Made by a program: the position numbers and the translations under genes | Shown: in pieces, positions 47,451 through 56,014 of the stretch | Numbering within the stretch: the stretch's first letter is position 1 | Layout: each line of letters starts with the position of its first letter | Notes under the pieces: model-generated | What the model saw: only the letters and a program-made list of their open reading frames with translations | The model's database searches: none | Told to the model about the DNA's origin: nothing | From: a virus | Direction: 5' to 3' (one strand) | IMG/VR virus record: IMGVR_UViG_3300043427_003610 | Location: 20,554 to 84,553 of that record | Length of the DNA: 64,000 nucleotides

Positions 47451-47941
47451 TGGGTCCCTGGATCTGCTTTGAGCCGCTGTATCCGGGCGTCGTGCCGCCT
47501 CAGCCCAGCACCGCGGAAGCGGCTGGACTGGACGCGGTGGCCTATCTCGAGGGCCGCACGATCCCGGTCTACATGAACGGCGGCAAGTCGATGACGCAGG
47601 AAGGCCCGGAGATCATGCTGTGGCAGGGCTGGCGGGCGGCGATCCCGCTCGGGTTCAAGGCCCGGCTGCCGCAGGACTACGAGATGCAGGTGCGGAGTCG
47701 CTCTGGGCTGGCGCTCAAGAAGGGGCTGATCTGCCTCAACTCGCCAGGTACGATCGACTCGGACTATCCGGGGGAGTGGATGGTCATCATGCAGAACACG
47801 ACGGACGAGATGGTTACGATCCGGCACGGTGAGCGGATCGCTCAGCTGGTGCTCGCTCCCGTCGTTCGGCTGGACTGGAGAGAAGGGATCGTCACTCAAA
47901 CTTCGGACCGCGTTGGCGGGTTCGGGAGTACGGGGGTCTGA
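47450..47941 (+). CDS. dut: dUTP diphosphatase (trimeric dUTPase)
   Basis: All five motifs: AAGLD, RSRSGLA, GTIDSDYPGE, ERIAQLV, RVGGFGSTG. Confidence 0.95.
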   Translation: MGPWICFEPLYPGVVPPQPSTAEAAGLDAVAYLEGRTIPVYMNGGKSMTQEGPEIMLWQGWRAAIPLGFKARLPQDYEMQVRSRSGLALKKGLICLNSPGTIDSDYPGEWMVIMQNTTDEMVTIRHGERIAQLVLAPVVRLDWREGIVTQTSDRVGGFGSTGV

Positions 47942-47942
47942 T

Positions 47943-48176
47943 ATGAGCAAGGGGCTCTGGCAGCGACTGATGTGCTTCACAAGTGAAATGCACTTGCCGA
48001 GCCCCGACAGCTCCGATTTGGAGCAGGTGCACTGTCGTCACTGCGGGAACCGGATTCGGCAAGACCGCGACGGTGTCTGGTATTGCGTGCAGACCTGCGA
48101 TGCCAGAGCCGTAGCCACCTTCCTCTTCTTCACGGCCGCAATCCTCGTAGCGACGAGCTTCATTCTATTCTTCTAG
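47943..48176 (+). CDS. Small Zn-ribbon membrane protein
   Basis: CRHC..CVQTC plus a C-terminal TM segment. Confidence 0.45.
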   Translation: MSKGLWQRLMCFTSEMHLPSPDSSDLEQVHCRHCGNRIRQDRDGVWYCVQTCDARAVATFLFFTAAILVATSFILFF

Positions 48177-48193
48177 TGCGGTGGAGGTGGGGT

Positions 48194-48478
48194 ATGGGCG
48201 TGTTTAAGGACGAGAAGGGGCAGCTCTCCGCTGCTCGTGTGTTTTTAGGGGTCTGGACGTTGATCGTGGTGTGGGCAGCCTACCACGGTCCGGCCGAACC
48301 CTTCTGGCCGTTAGCGGCCTCGGTCATGATCGGGCTGGTCTCCTGGGCGGCTGGGCCGCGGATCGCGCAGTACCTCGCCCCACAGGCGGGCGCTGCGGCC
48401 CGGGCGACGGCTGACGCCATCAAGGCCAAGATCCAGGCCCGGCGCAATCCCGACCTGGGCTTCGAGGAGACCCAGTGA
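48194..48478 (+). CDS. Putative holin
   Basis: FKDEKGQLSAARV plus two TM helices, coupled to the endolysin gene. Confidence 0.6.
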   Translation: MGVFKDEKGQLSAARVFLGVWTLIVVWAAYHGPAEPFWPLAASVMIGLVSWAAGPRIAQYLAPQAGAAARATADAIKAKIQARRNPDLGFEETQ

Positions 48479-48924
48479 AGACCCGCATCGGCGCGACGGC
48501 CGAGCAGTTCGTGGGCTGGGTCAAGGAAGCGACCGGCCAGAACGATGGTCCGTGGGTCGAGGCGATCCAGCGGGTGACCGGCAACAAGCGCGGTGACGCC
48601 TGGTGTGCGTCGTTTGTGACCACGGTGCTGGACATGGCCTACCGCGGCAAGAACCCGTTGGTTCGGAGTGCCAGCTGCGACGTGATGCTCGAGTACGCGC
48701 GCAAGAAGGGCTGGCTCCAGGACACGCCCCAGGTCGGCGACGTATTTCTCATTATGAAGACGCCGACCGACGCCGTGCACACCGGCGTCGTGACGGCTGT
48801 TGGTAAGGTTAGCTTTCGGACGATTGAAGGAAACACCAACAATGACGGCAGCCGTGACGGCTGGGGCGTCTTCGCCCGCGAGCGCAAGATCAAGGGCGTT
48901 AAGTTCATCAGACTGCCGGAGTAA
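48475..48924 (+). CDS. CHAP-domain endolysin
   Basis: AWCASFV (catalytic Cys), PQVGDVF, HTGVV (His), TIEGNT. Confidence 0.9.
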   Translation: MKTRIGATAEQFVGWVKEATGQNDGPWVEAIQRVTGNKRGDAWCASFVTTVLDMAYRGKNPLVRSASCDVMLEYARKKGWLQDTPQVGDVFLIMKTPTDAVHTGVVTAVGKVSFRTIEGNTNNDGSRDGWGVFARERKIKGVKFIRLPE

Positions 48925-48926
48925 GC

Positions 48927-49385
48927 ATGGCGTTCACCCACAACTCGCTGGTCGCTGACCGCGAACCGGCCTGGCCCGACGTCGAGCGCACGAGCTTGCC
49001 GCGCGAAGCGTATGCCCGCACGGGCGACCCGGACATGAAGTCGAGCTGGGGCTACCCGCATCACTGGATCCAAGACGGCTCCCAGAAGAACGAAATGGGC
49101 ATTTACACCAAAGGCACCATGTATTTGCATCGTCGTGGGCTGCAGGTGGCCTGGAACTACGCCATGGGCGCCGGGACCGGGGAGCGTGCGGAACGCGGCG
49201 TCGTGGCGCACCTGCGTGCCCATTTCCGGGAGCTGGGCATCCGGAAGGCGGACATCGAGCGGGCGACGTCCGTGCTGATCGACATGGACGCCCTTGACCA
49301 GGACCTCATCGACCATGGGTTCTTCACAGCGGAGCAGCTGGCGGATCCGGACCTCCGGGAACAGGTGGCCCGGCTCGTGCGGTAA
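48927..49385 (+). CDS. Hypothetical phage protein
   Basis: Last gene of the late arm; LPREAYA..GDPD.KSSWGYPHH motif. Confidence 0.6.
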   Translation: MAFTHNSLVADREPAWPDVERTSLPREAYARTGDPDMKSSWGYPHHWIQDGSQKNEMGIYTKGTMYLHRRGLQVAWNYAMGAGTGERAERGVVAHLRAHFRELGIRKADIERATSVLIDMDALDQDLIDHGFFTAEQLADPDLREQVARLVR

Positions 49386-49424
49386 CGTCACCCTCGCGCG
49401 CGCGCGCACACGCGCGTATACTGG

Positions 49425-49457
49425 CGGGAGTCTAGGATGGTCCTAGGCTCCCGTTTT
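49425..49457 (+). terminator. Intrinsic terminator ending the late/lysis arm
   Basis: CGGGAGTCTAGGA-tgg-TCCTAGGCTCCCG then TTTT. Confidence 0.75.
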
Positions 49458-49476
49458 CAGTTCCCGGAAGATCCAT

Positions 49477-50625
49477 ATGAAGCAAATCACATCGGTCGGG
49501 GAGCACGGCGCGACGGTGGCCATTCTGCAGCGGGGGAAGAAGTACTCGATCCGCTGGAAGGACCGCGCGACGGGGAAGTACAAGATGGAAGCGACCGGCG
49601 TGAGCGTCCTGACCAAGGCCAAGGAAGCGGCCAAGGCCAAGGCCGACCAGCTGTACGCCGAGCTGCTGGAAGCGCCCAAGGACGGCCGTGCGACGTGGTT
49701 CGACGTGCTCAAGCACTTCGAGACGCACTACCTGCCCCTGGCCCCGGCCGGGGACCAGAAGGCCTTCGACATGCTCGCCCTGGACGTCTGGCGGGCATTC
49801 CTGCCCACCCACCAGGCCGTGGACACCCTGGAGAAGCACGTGCTGCTCAAGTTCATCGACCAGCGGCAGCAGGGTGCGATCAAGGTGGACGGTAGGAACC
49901 TGCGCCAGTGCCGGACCAGGGCGCCCGCCAAGGACCTGGAATGGCTGCGCCGGGCCGTCAACCTGGCGATCTCGGATGGGAAGCGGATCAGCCATAACCC
50001 GGTCACTAAGGTCGAGTTCCCGAAGGCCCCGCGCCCCAAGCGGCCCGCGGCGACCTGGGAGCGCTTCGAGACCGTTCGCCCACACTGCGACCAGTGCGGG
50101 CTCCAGGACCTGTTCGGCGGCTACATGGACCTGGCGGTGGGCTTGGGGTGGCGGGTCAGTGCCTTGATTTCGCTCCGGGTAAAAGACATTGACCGAACAC
50201 CGCGGCCGGACGCTCCGAACGGACGCGTGCTTCGGCGCGAGGAGTTCGACAAGGAAGGCTACGAGACCTTCGTGCCGATCAGCGATTGGCTGGCGCCGCG
50301 CGTCAATGCGCTGCTGGCGAAGCGGAATACCCTGAAGGTGGTGAGCCAATGGCTCTTCCCCAAGGTCGCCAAGCCGAGCGAGCCGTGGACCAGGGACTAC
50401 GTGAAGGAGCGGCTGGAGGTGGCCGAACGACGGGCCAAGCTCGAGCCGCTGGCGGGCGGCGACACGCACCCGTATCGGCGGATGTGGGCGAACATGCGCA
50501 AGCACCTGCCGCTCAAGGACGTCGCCTACGCAGGCTGCTGGAACGAGCGCACGCTGCTCGAACACTACCAGGCATCGGACGATGCCACCGTTCTGGACGT
50601 CATGAACGCGGGATTGCCGAGCTAA
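49477..50625 (+). CDS. Tyrosine recombinase/integrase
   Basis: Catalytic R (GWRVSALISL), K (FDKEG), HxxR (HPYRR), W (AGCW) and Y (EHYQ). Confidence 0.88.
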   Translation: MKQITSVGEHGATVAILQRGKKYSIRWKDRATGKYKMEATGVSVLTKAKEAAKAKADQLYAELLEAPKDGRATWFDVLKHFETHYLPLAPAGDQKAFDMLALDVWRAFLPTHQAVDTLEKHVLLKFIDQRQQGAIKVDGRNLRQCRTRAPAKDLEWLRRAVNLAISDGKRISHNPVTKVEFPKAPRPKRPAATWERFETVRPHCDQCGLQDLFGGYMDLAVGLGWRVSALISLRVKDIDRTPRPDAPNGRVLRREEFDKEGYETFVPISDWLAPRVNALLAKRNTLKVVSQWLFPKVAKPSEPWTRDYVKERLEVAERRAKLEPLAGGDTHPYRRMWANMRKHLPLKDVAYAGCWNERTLLEHYQASDDATVLDVMNAGLPS

Positions 50626-50627
50626 TC

Positions 50628-51260
50628 ATGAGATTCTGGCCTGACCCACTCGAAACCGAAGAAGTCATCTGGATACGACAAGAGGCTCGTCGCCTCGCCG
50701 GAAGTCACGGGATATACGACTACCTGGCAGAAGTGCTCAACATTGAACGGGGCATGAAATGCAGGCGGCTCACCACCAAGAAAGCGGTGTACGCCGCGGC
50801 CGTAGGCATATCGTTCAAGGAGCTGGATGTCCCGCCCGTCGACACGAACCCACACCTACGGCCCAACAAGCTCACCCGGAAGCAGGTGCGCGAGATCGTC
50901 CGATTGCTCGATCAGCGGGACCCGGTCATCCCGACGGGGGTGATCGCCAAGCAGTACGGCGTGAGCCAGGTCGCCATTTCCAAGATCAACACCCGCAGCA
51001 ATCACGGCTGGGCGACCAAGGGTCAGAGCACGGAGCGGCGTTCGCGGCACCGGCAGGTGCTGCTGTCCATGGAAGACCGGCTCTGCATGCTGAGCTGCGC
51101 GGCACTACCCGGGTGGTGGCGCCGCGACGTGCTGGCTGAGATCTTTGGGTTGACGAGCGCCAACTGCGTCTCACACCGGCTGCGCTCGGCCAGACGAACA
51201 CATGAGCGCAAGCGCCGCGCAAAGGGTAGTATGATGTCAGTTAAGGCCAATGCGGCCTGA
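50628..51260 (+). CDS. Multi-HTH DNA-binding protein
   Basis: KLTRKQVREI..IAKQYGVSQVAISKI and LAEIFGLTSANCVSHRL. Confidence 0.6.
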   Translation: MRFWPDPLETEEVIWIRQEARRLAGSHGIYDYLAEVLNIERGMKCRRLTTKKAVYAAAVGISFKELDVPPVDTNPHLRPNKLTRKQVREIVRLLDQRDPVIPTGVIAKQYGVSQVAISKINTRSNHGWATKGQSTERRSRHRQVLLSMEDRLCMLSCAALPGWWRRDVLAEIFGLTSANCVSHRLRSARRTHERKRRAKGSMMSVKANAA

Positions 51261-51573
51261 TAAGGGGTAGTATGCTATCAGTTAGCTGGTTGAGAACTGC
51301 TACAGAATTTGCTACACAATCGTTGGTGCAGTGTGTGTTTTTAGGGGTTTTTAGGTGTATCGTGAAGGGTACGCGGGGAGGAATAAACGAAATGACAAAC
51401 GCTGTAAGTGATTGAAAACACTAGCCCTTAGGTGGGCTTCGGGGCGTTAGCTCAGCTGGGAGAGCGCGTGGTTTGCAAGCCCGCTAGGGGGTCTGCGAGC
51501 CACGCGCAACTGCTTCTAGAACACCAAGTTAGAGCACCGCCAAAAACACTGATACACTTTACTGATACACTTT
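51224..51573. other. attP-like region with arm-type repeats and an IHF-like site
   Basis: AT-rich gap next to the integrase; three pairs of direct repeats; TAAGTGATTGAAA (reverse complement TTTCAATCACTTA ~ WATCAANNNNTTR) at 51405-51417. Confidence 0.7.
51441..51480 (+). pseudogene. 5' fragment of tRNA-Ala(TGC), candidate att core
   Basis: GGGGCGTTAGCTCAGCTGGGAGAGCGCGTGGTTTGCAAGC: acceptor 5' strand, D-arm and TGC anticodon loop; no T-arm (GTTCGA) and no 3' acceptor strand. Confidence 0.8.
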
Positions 51574-51728
51574 CGGCCCGGAGCGTACGCAATACGCCAC
51601 CGGGCCGCTTTCGTGGACAACTGGTCCGTCTTCGCGTCAAACGCCTGTTTGACCTGCAAGACGATTTCTGCCTGTGATATCCTTAAAGACTAATAATTAC
51701 TTTCAACGTACTCGAACCCAGGTGATAG

Positions 51729-52271
51729 ATGGCAGGCATCATTCGCCATTACGACGAAGCCACTGAGCTGTATACCGCGTCATTCTTCGGGAAGATGACA
51801 TCCGAGGAATACGCGTCCGAACGAGCCCTCATGCACCAGGACCTGGAGCGCTACCAGCCCCACAGGTTCCTGATTGACTACACCCTGGGCCAGGTCGTGC
51901 TCACGCTCGAGAGCCTCAGGCGTCTTGCAGAGAACAAACGCCTACTTGAGCTGACGACGCATACCTGGGTTGCAGTCGTAGCGCCGACGGGGCACCGCCA
52001 AGGAACGACCACGACGTTCATTCACATGATTGGCGCAGGGCCCAACTTTGCCGTGTTCACCAGCATGGTCGACGCGAAACTGTGGCTGAATAGCCAGACC
52101 CCGCTGCGGCTGCAGCTGGCGCCGCCCAGGCCAATGCTGCGGATCTTTGGGAGCGTTGTGCTCGCGGTGGGATTAGCCAGCCTCGCCCCGTACCTCACCC
52201 TTCACTCCACCAAGAAGCCACTCAACAACGCCGTCGCCGCGATGATCAGCAAGGCGAGCAGGAAGTCGTAA
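51729..52271 (+). CDS. SpoIIAA/STAS-SEC14-like protein with a C-terminal TM segment (moron-like)
   Basis: FFGKMT..RFLIDY..VAVVAP..FAVFTSMVDAKLWL pattern; AT-rich upstream region. Confidence 0.55.
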   Translation: MAGIIRHYDEATELYTASFFGKMTSEEYASERALMHQDLERYQPHRFLIDYTLGQVVLTLESLRRLAENKRLLELTTHTWVAVVAPTGHRQGTTTTFIHMIGAGPNFAVFTSMVDAKLWLNSQTPLRLQLAPPRPMLRIFGSVVLAVGLASLAPYLTLHSTKKPLNNAVAAMISKASRKS

Positions 52272-52317
52272 CGCTTCGGCGTTCTCGGCTCGCCCGGACC
52301 CAGCGTCACAAACCCCA

Positions 52318-52635
52318 TTACACCTCGTCGTCCGGCTGGAAGCGGGCCTTGAGCTTGAGAAAGGTCTGGTAGGCCTGCCGTTCCCGCTCGCGACGTTCGT
52401 TACGCGCCGCTTCCCGGCTTGCCATGCGGGTGTTGAACTCCTCCTCGGTCTCGAGGTCCTGGTAGACGACCCAGGCCCGGACGTACTCCATGTCGGCGGT
52501 GTCCAGCTCGATCCGGGCGCTCCGGCCGTAGATCCCGGCCAATTCTTCCAGGTTCTCGGTGATCCGCTCAAGGCTACCCTGCAGCAGCCGGATCGCGATT
52601 TCCGACCGCCGTTCCACGGTCTTGTACTTGGACAT
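52318..52635 (-). CDS. Hypothetical protein
   Basis: Last gene of the - arm; RERQAYQTFLKLKARF C-terminus. Confidence 0.6.
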   Translation of the reverse strand: MSKYKTVERRSEIAIRLLQGSLERITENLEELAGIYGRSARIELDTADMEYVRAWVVYQDLETEEEFNTRMASREAARNERRERERQAYQTFLKLKARFQPDDEV

Positions 52636-52658
52636 TGTTAGTGGGGTGAAAGGAAGCG

Positions 52659-52853
52659 CTAGTGGAGGAGGCGGCCCAGGACCATACCAACCACCAGCAG
52701 AATGGCCAGCAGGGCCACCAGGCAGCCCGCACAGCCCATATCGTTGGGCAGCCTGGTCTTCCTACCCGGACGCCCGTACCAGCCCGTCAGAGCGCCCAGG
52801 AAGGCCAGGGTGACCAGGGAGGCCAGGACGGTGTCGAAGCCGACGTTTACCAT
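52659..52853 (-). CDS. Small membrane protein
   Basis: Two hydrophobic helices; overlaps the neighbouring stop codon. Confidence 0.5.
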   Translation of the reverse strand: MVNVGFDTVLASLVTLAFLGALTGWYGRPGRKTRLPNDMGCAGCLVALLAILLVVGMVLGRLLH

Positions 52854-53173
52854 GGGATGCAGTATTTCTCGCCCTTGAGCCAGGCGTCGATGTCCGCCTG
52901 GTTCTCAAGCTGGGCGCCAGACTGGACGATGTAGAACCGGCACTCCGGGCAGACCTCCTCGTAGGAGGCCACCCGGAGCCCTTCGCGGTCGAGCCGCGCG
53001 ACCACGATCGACGTGTTCTCCTGGGCGTCCCACTGCTCGGAGATGTCGTGGCCGCAGCTGCCATAGATCCGGCCGATGCGCCTGCGCTTGGTGCCGAAGG
53101 TCCGGTCCATGTTCTCCAGGTACTGCTGGTAGTCGACCGAGAGCGGCCGGGGAGTATCGCCTTTGCCGCTCAT
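52847..53173 (-). CDS. Hypothetical phage protein
   Basis: ATGA-coupled start MSGKGDTPRPLSV; CGH..CPEC. Confidence 0.55.
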   Translation of the reverse strand: MSGKGDTPRPLSVDYQQYLENMDRTFGTKRRRIGRIYGSCGHDISEQWDAQENTSIVVARLDREGLRVASYEEVCPECRFYIVQSGAQLENQADIDAWLKGEKYCIPW

Positions 53174-53388
53174 TTCTTGCCCTCCAGCATCGCCTTGAGC
53201 TTCCGGCCGTAGGCCGCCTTGTAGCTGTCCACCGAGAAGCTGTTCTCGGTGCGCTCGATGATCAGCCGCAGGACGTCCGCTACCAGGTCGGGGTCTTCGT
53301 TGATACGCCATTCCATGGGACCCCAGTCCTCGAGGTCCACCACGATCAGCATGCGGCCCGCCAGCTGTAGCTTGACGTCCTCAGGCAT
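53170..53388 (-). CDS. Hypothetical protein
   Basis: Coupled gene in the - operon (MPEDVKL...). Confidence 0.5.
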   Translation of the reverse strand: MPEDVKLQLAGRMLIVVDLEDWGPMEWRINEDPDLVADVLRLIIERTENSFSVDSYKAAYGRKLKAMLEGKK

Positions 53389-53650
53389 CGAGGCCGCCCG
53401 GAATGAGCTGCAGGGCCCCGGAGCACAGCGACGCCAGCGCATTCTCCCATTCCACGCCGCGCGTGGAGAGCTGCTCGACCAGCGAATCGAAGTCGTTCAG
53501 GAAGTCAGTTTCCGTCTCGTAGCCGCCAAAGACCCAGTAGTCATGATCCGGATCACCCAGCGCGTCCCAGAGATAGACGAGGTCCCAGTAGGCGTTGGTG
53601 AGATCTTCGGCCGCATGCGTGATCTGGCTGTGCAGTTCAGCTTCCGTCAT
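53381..53650 (-). CDS. Acidic hypothetical protein
   Basis: SD AAGGA before MTEAELH. Confidence 0.55.
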   Translation of the reverse strand: MTEAELHSQITHAAEDLTNAYWDLVYLWDALGDPDHDYWVFGGYETETDFLNDFDSLVEQLSTRGVEWENALASLCSGALQLIPGGLDA

Positions 53651-53658
53651 CGGTGTCC

Positions 53659-54285
53659 TTACGCGTTGGGGTTCTTGATGAGGACGTTGCCCCGGTACCC
53701 ATGGTCCGGGACGTACATGGCTTCCGTCAGGTTGCGCTCCTTGATCACATCGAGCGTCGCGTGCTTCACGTCGGCCAGGAAATCGATGTCGTCGACCAGG
53801 ATCCACTTGGCCCCAGAATCGAGCACCATGAGCAGGTCGTGGCGGCAGCCCTCGTAGGTGTGGTCGCCGTCGACGTGCACGAAGTCGAACGGGCCGTCCG
53901 GCAGGCGCTTCAGATACTGGCTGTTGTCGCCGTAGAACGTCGCCTTGACGTGCGGGTAGGCAGCAAGCGTGGTCCGGGCATGCTGGTAGAAGCCGACCAC
54001 GCCGCCGTGATGGCCCTCGTCCGGGTCGATTCCGACGAACGTGGTGGCATTGGGGCTGCCCAGGAGGAACGCAGCCGCGGAGTACCCGGCCCGGACACCG
54101 ATCTCGCAGATCGATGTGGGCTCGACGAAACGCGCCACCGCGTACTTGATGCGGTAGTACTCGGGCGTCATCGAGTCCGGCTGGTACGGGTCACCCGGCA
54201 CCCAGTGCCGCAGCACCTCGTTCCAGTCCCACTCCGGGGTGTCGAGCATCTGGAGAACAGGCAGGGATTCCAGCATCAGTTCCAC
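53659..54285 (-). CDS. Class I SAM-dependent methyltransferase (Methyltransf_24-like)
   Basis: ICEIGVRAGYS, FVGID, FDFVHVDGDHTYEG, ILVDD. Confidence 0.85.
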   Translation of the reverse strand: MELMLESLPVLQMLDTPEWDWNEVLRHWVPGDPYQPDSMTPEYYRIKYAVARFVEPTSICEIGVRAGYSAAAFLLGSPNATTFVGIDPDEGHHGGVVGFYQHARTTLAAYPHVKATFYGDNSQYLKRLPDGPFDFVHVDGDHTYEGCRHDLLMVLDSGAKWILVDDIDFLADVKHATLDVIKERNLTEAMYVPDHGYRGNVLIKNPNA

Positions 54286-54905
54286 ACCCGCTTCAAGGTG
54301 ACCGAGAGAATGTTGGGAGAGCCGTCCGGCGAGCGCCGGATGGTGTCTTCCAGGTTGCTGAAGTGCAGCAGCTCGTAACCCGTGCTCTCCGCGAACTGCA
54401 TCATGCTCTGCGGATTGAAGAACCAGAGATGCTCATTGGGACGGCGGTGCTTCCAGGTGTCGAACCAGTCGTCCGAGCGGTAATGGCACCAGGGCAGCGA
54501 GATCACCACGTACTTGGCCTTCAGGTCACGGATCACGTACGGGTCTTCGAAGTGTTCGAGCACGTCGAAGAACGTGACCACGTCGACCGGCTTGCTCATC
54601 CAGTCCTCGGCGAACGTCACACCCGGCGGGACCGGGTAGCCGCTCACGTCAAAGCCGTAGCAATTCGGGATGATCCGGGTGCACGTCTCCAGGAAAGCGC
54701 CGTTGCCGTAGCCCACGTCGATGATGCTCTCGGGAATCCGCCCGATCGCGCCCACGATGTAGCCGAGCCGGAGGTGGCTCATCCAGGCATTCAGGTCGCC
54801 GTACGTGTTGTAGCGCGCGTCCACGTACTCGGTGTCGTACGTGAAGGGCTCGCGGGACAGCTGATAGATGACGCCGTCCTGGTTGACGTCGTAGTTGGGC
54901 AGCAT
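54276..54905 (-). CDS. Class I SAM-dependent methyltransferase
   Basis: IIDVGYGNGAF, YGFDV, DVVTFFDVLEH, EHLWFF. Confidence 0.85.
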   Translation of the reverse strand: MLPNYDVNQDGVIYQLSREPFTYDTEYVDARYNTYGDLNAWMSHLRLGYIVGAIGRIPESIIDVGYGNGAFLETCTRIIPNCYGFDVSGYPVPPGVTFAEDWMSKPVDVVTFFDVLEHFEDPYVIRDLKAKYVVISLPWCHYRSDDWFDTWKHRRPNEHLWFFNPQSMMQFAESTGYELLHFSNLEDTIRRSPDGSPNILSVTLKRVWN

Positions 54906-54915
54906 GTGGGCGGGG

Positions 54916-55740
54916 TTAAAGGACAGAAACGAATCGGCGAACGTGATCGTCGGTGTAGCCGTCGAACGTGGTGGCCACGGTGTTTCGGCGGAGAATACCG
55001 AAGAGCCACTCGTCGATCATCCCATTCGGCGAATGGGCTTCGAGCACGGTCTGCGGGTAGAGCAGCAGCTGCGGCTTTTCTTCAATCCACCCGAGCAGGC
55101 AGGGCGAGCTGTGGGCGGTGACCACGCCTGCCGCGTTCTGGATCAGCATGCCCGTTCCGGGGACCGACAACCGGTCCACCAGGTTCACGACGCCTGCCCG
55201 GTCATCCCACTGGTATTCCTCCCGCCAGTCACTCCGGTCATCCAGCGGCCGGTCATAGGAGCGGCCGATCATCACGAGCGGCAGCTGTGCCTCCGCATGC
55301 AGCGCGGGCAAGACCCTGGTCACCAGCAGGTCTCTCGGAATGAACCGATCCGGGGTGCCAGCACTCGGGGCCACCACCAGGTAGCGGGTGCCGACCAAGG
55401 GCTCCAGCACCTGCAGGTCCTCCGGGGACGGATAGTACGTGACCACGCTGTCCCGTTCCGGGTGCTTAACGTTCATCCCGGCTGGAGGCATCCCGTGCCG
55501 CTGCCGCATCTCCGCGTCCTGGGCCGGGCTCCAGTAGCCAAGGTCGTGGACTGTGATGCGCTCCCGGTTCGGGTGCCACGCGAACAGCTCCTTGGCGAAC
55601 GGGTTGTGCGTGATCAGGTAGACGTCGGCCGTGGCGTCCGGCTCCATGTCCCGCAGCACGTTGTAGGTGCCGCGGAAGTAGAGCTGGCGGAAGATGTCCC
55701 CCAGCCCACCGCCGAACTCCAGCTGGTAGTGGTTAGACAT
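54916..55740 (-). CDS. Glycosyltransferase (GT9/heptosyltransferase-like)
   Basis: GGGLGD, YLVVAP, VVNLVDRLS..LIQNAAGVVTAHSS. Confidence 0.65.
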   Translation of the reverse strand: MSNHYQLEFGGGLGDIFRQLYFRGTYNVLRDMEPDATADVYLITHNPFAKELFAWHPNRERITVHDLGYWSPAQDAEMRQRHGMPPAGMNVKHPERDSVVTYYPSPEDLQVLEPLVGTRYLVVAPSAGTPDRFIPRDLLVTRVLPALHAEAQLPLVMIGRSYDRPLDDRSDWREEYQWDDRAGVVNLVDRLSVPGTGMLIQNAAGVVTAHSSPCLLGWIEEKPQLLLYPQTVLEAHSPNGMIDEWLFGILRRNTVATTFDGYTDDHVRRFVSVL

Positions 55741-56002
55741 CCACCCGCTCGAGCCGCTTCTTCAGCTTGGCGCCGTTCTGCAGGTCGGCCCCGGAGACGT
55801 CAAAGACCTTCTTGCCGTCCTTGAGGGCGACCAGCGTCGGTACAGTCATGAGCCCGAGCGGGGTGATGAACCGCTCGCCTTCCGGTTCCCGGACGTTCAA
55901 CCAGGAAACCTTGAGATTCAGGTCCTTGGCGACCTGTTCGACAATGGGCTTGGCGGCCTTACAGGGCGCGCAGTGGTCTTTCCAGAAGTACAGGAGTTCC
56001 AT
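55733..56002 (-). CDS. Thioredoxin
   Basis: FWKDHCAPCK, cis-Pro motif TVPTLV..KDGK. Confidence 0.88.
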   Translation of the reverse strand: MELLYFWKDHCAPCKAAKPIVEQVAKDLNLKVSWLNVREPEGERFITPLGLMTVPTLVALKDGKKVFDVSGADLQNGAKLKKRLERVDV

Positions 56003-56014
56003 GAGTAGGTTGGT

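Noticed and set aside
51441-51520. Complete tRNA-Ala gene
   Set aside because: The anticodon stem cannot pair canonically, and there is no GTTCGA T-loop and no 3' acceptor strand or CCA.
53659-54905. DNA methyltransferases of a restriction-modification system
   Set aside because: No DPPY/NPPY/SPPY or PC catalytic motifs, and no adjacent endonuclease.
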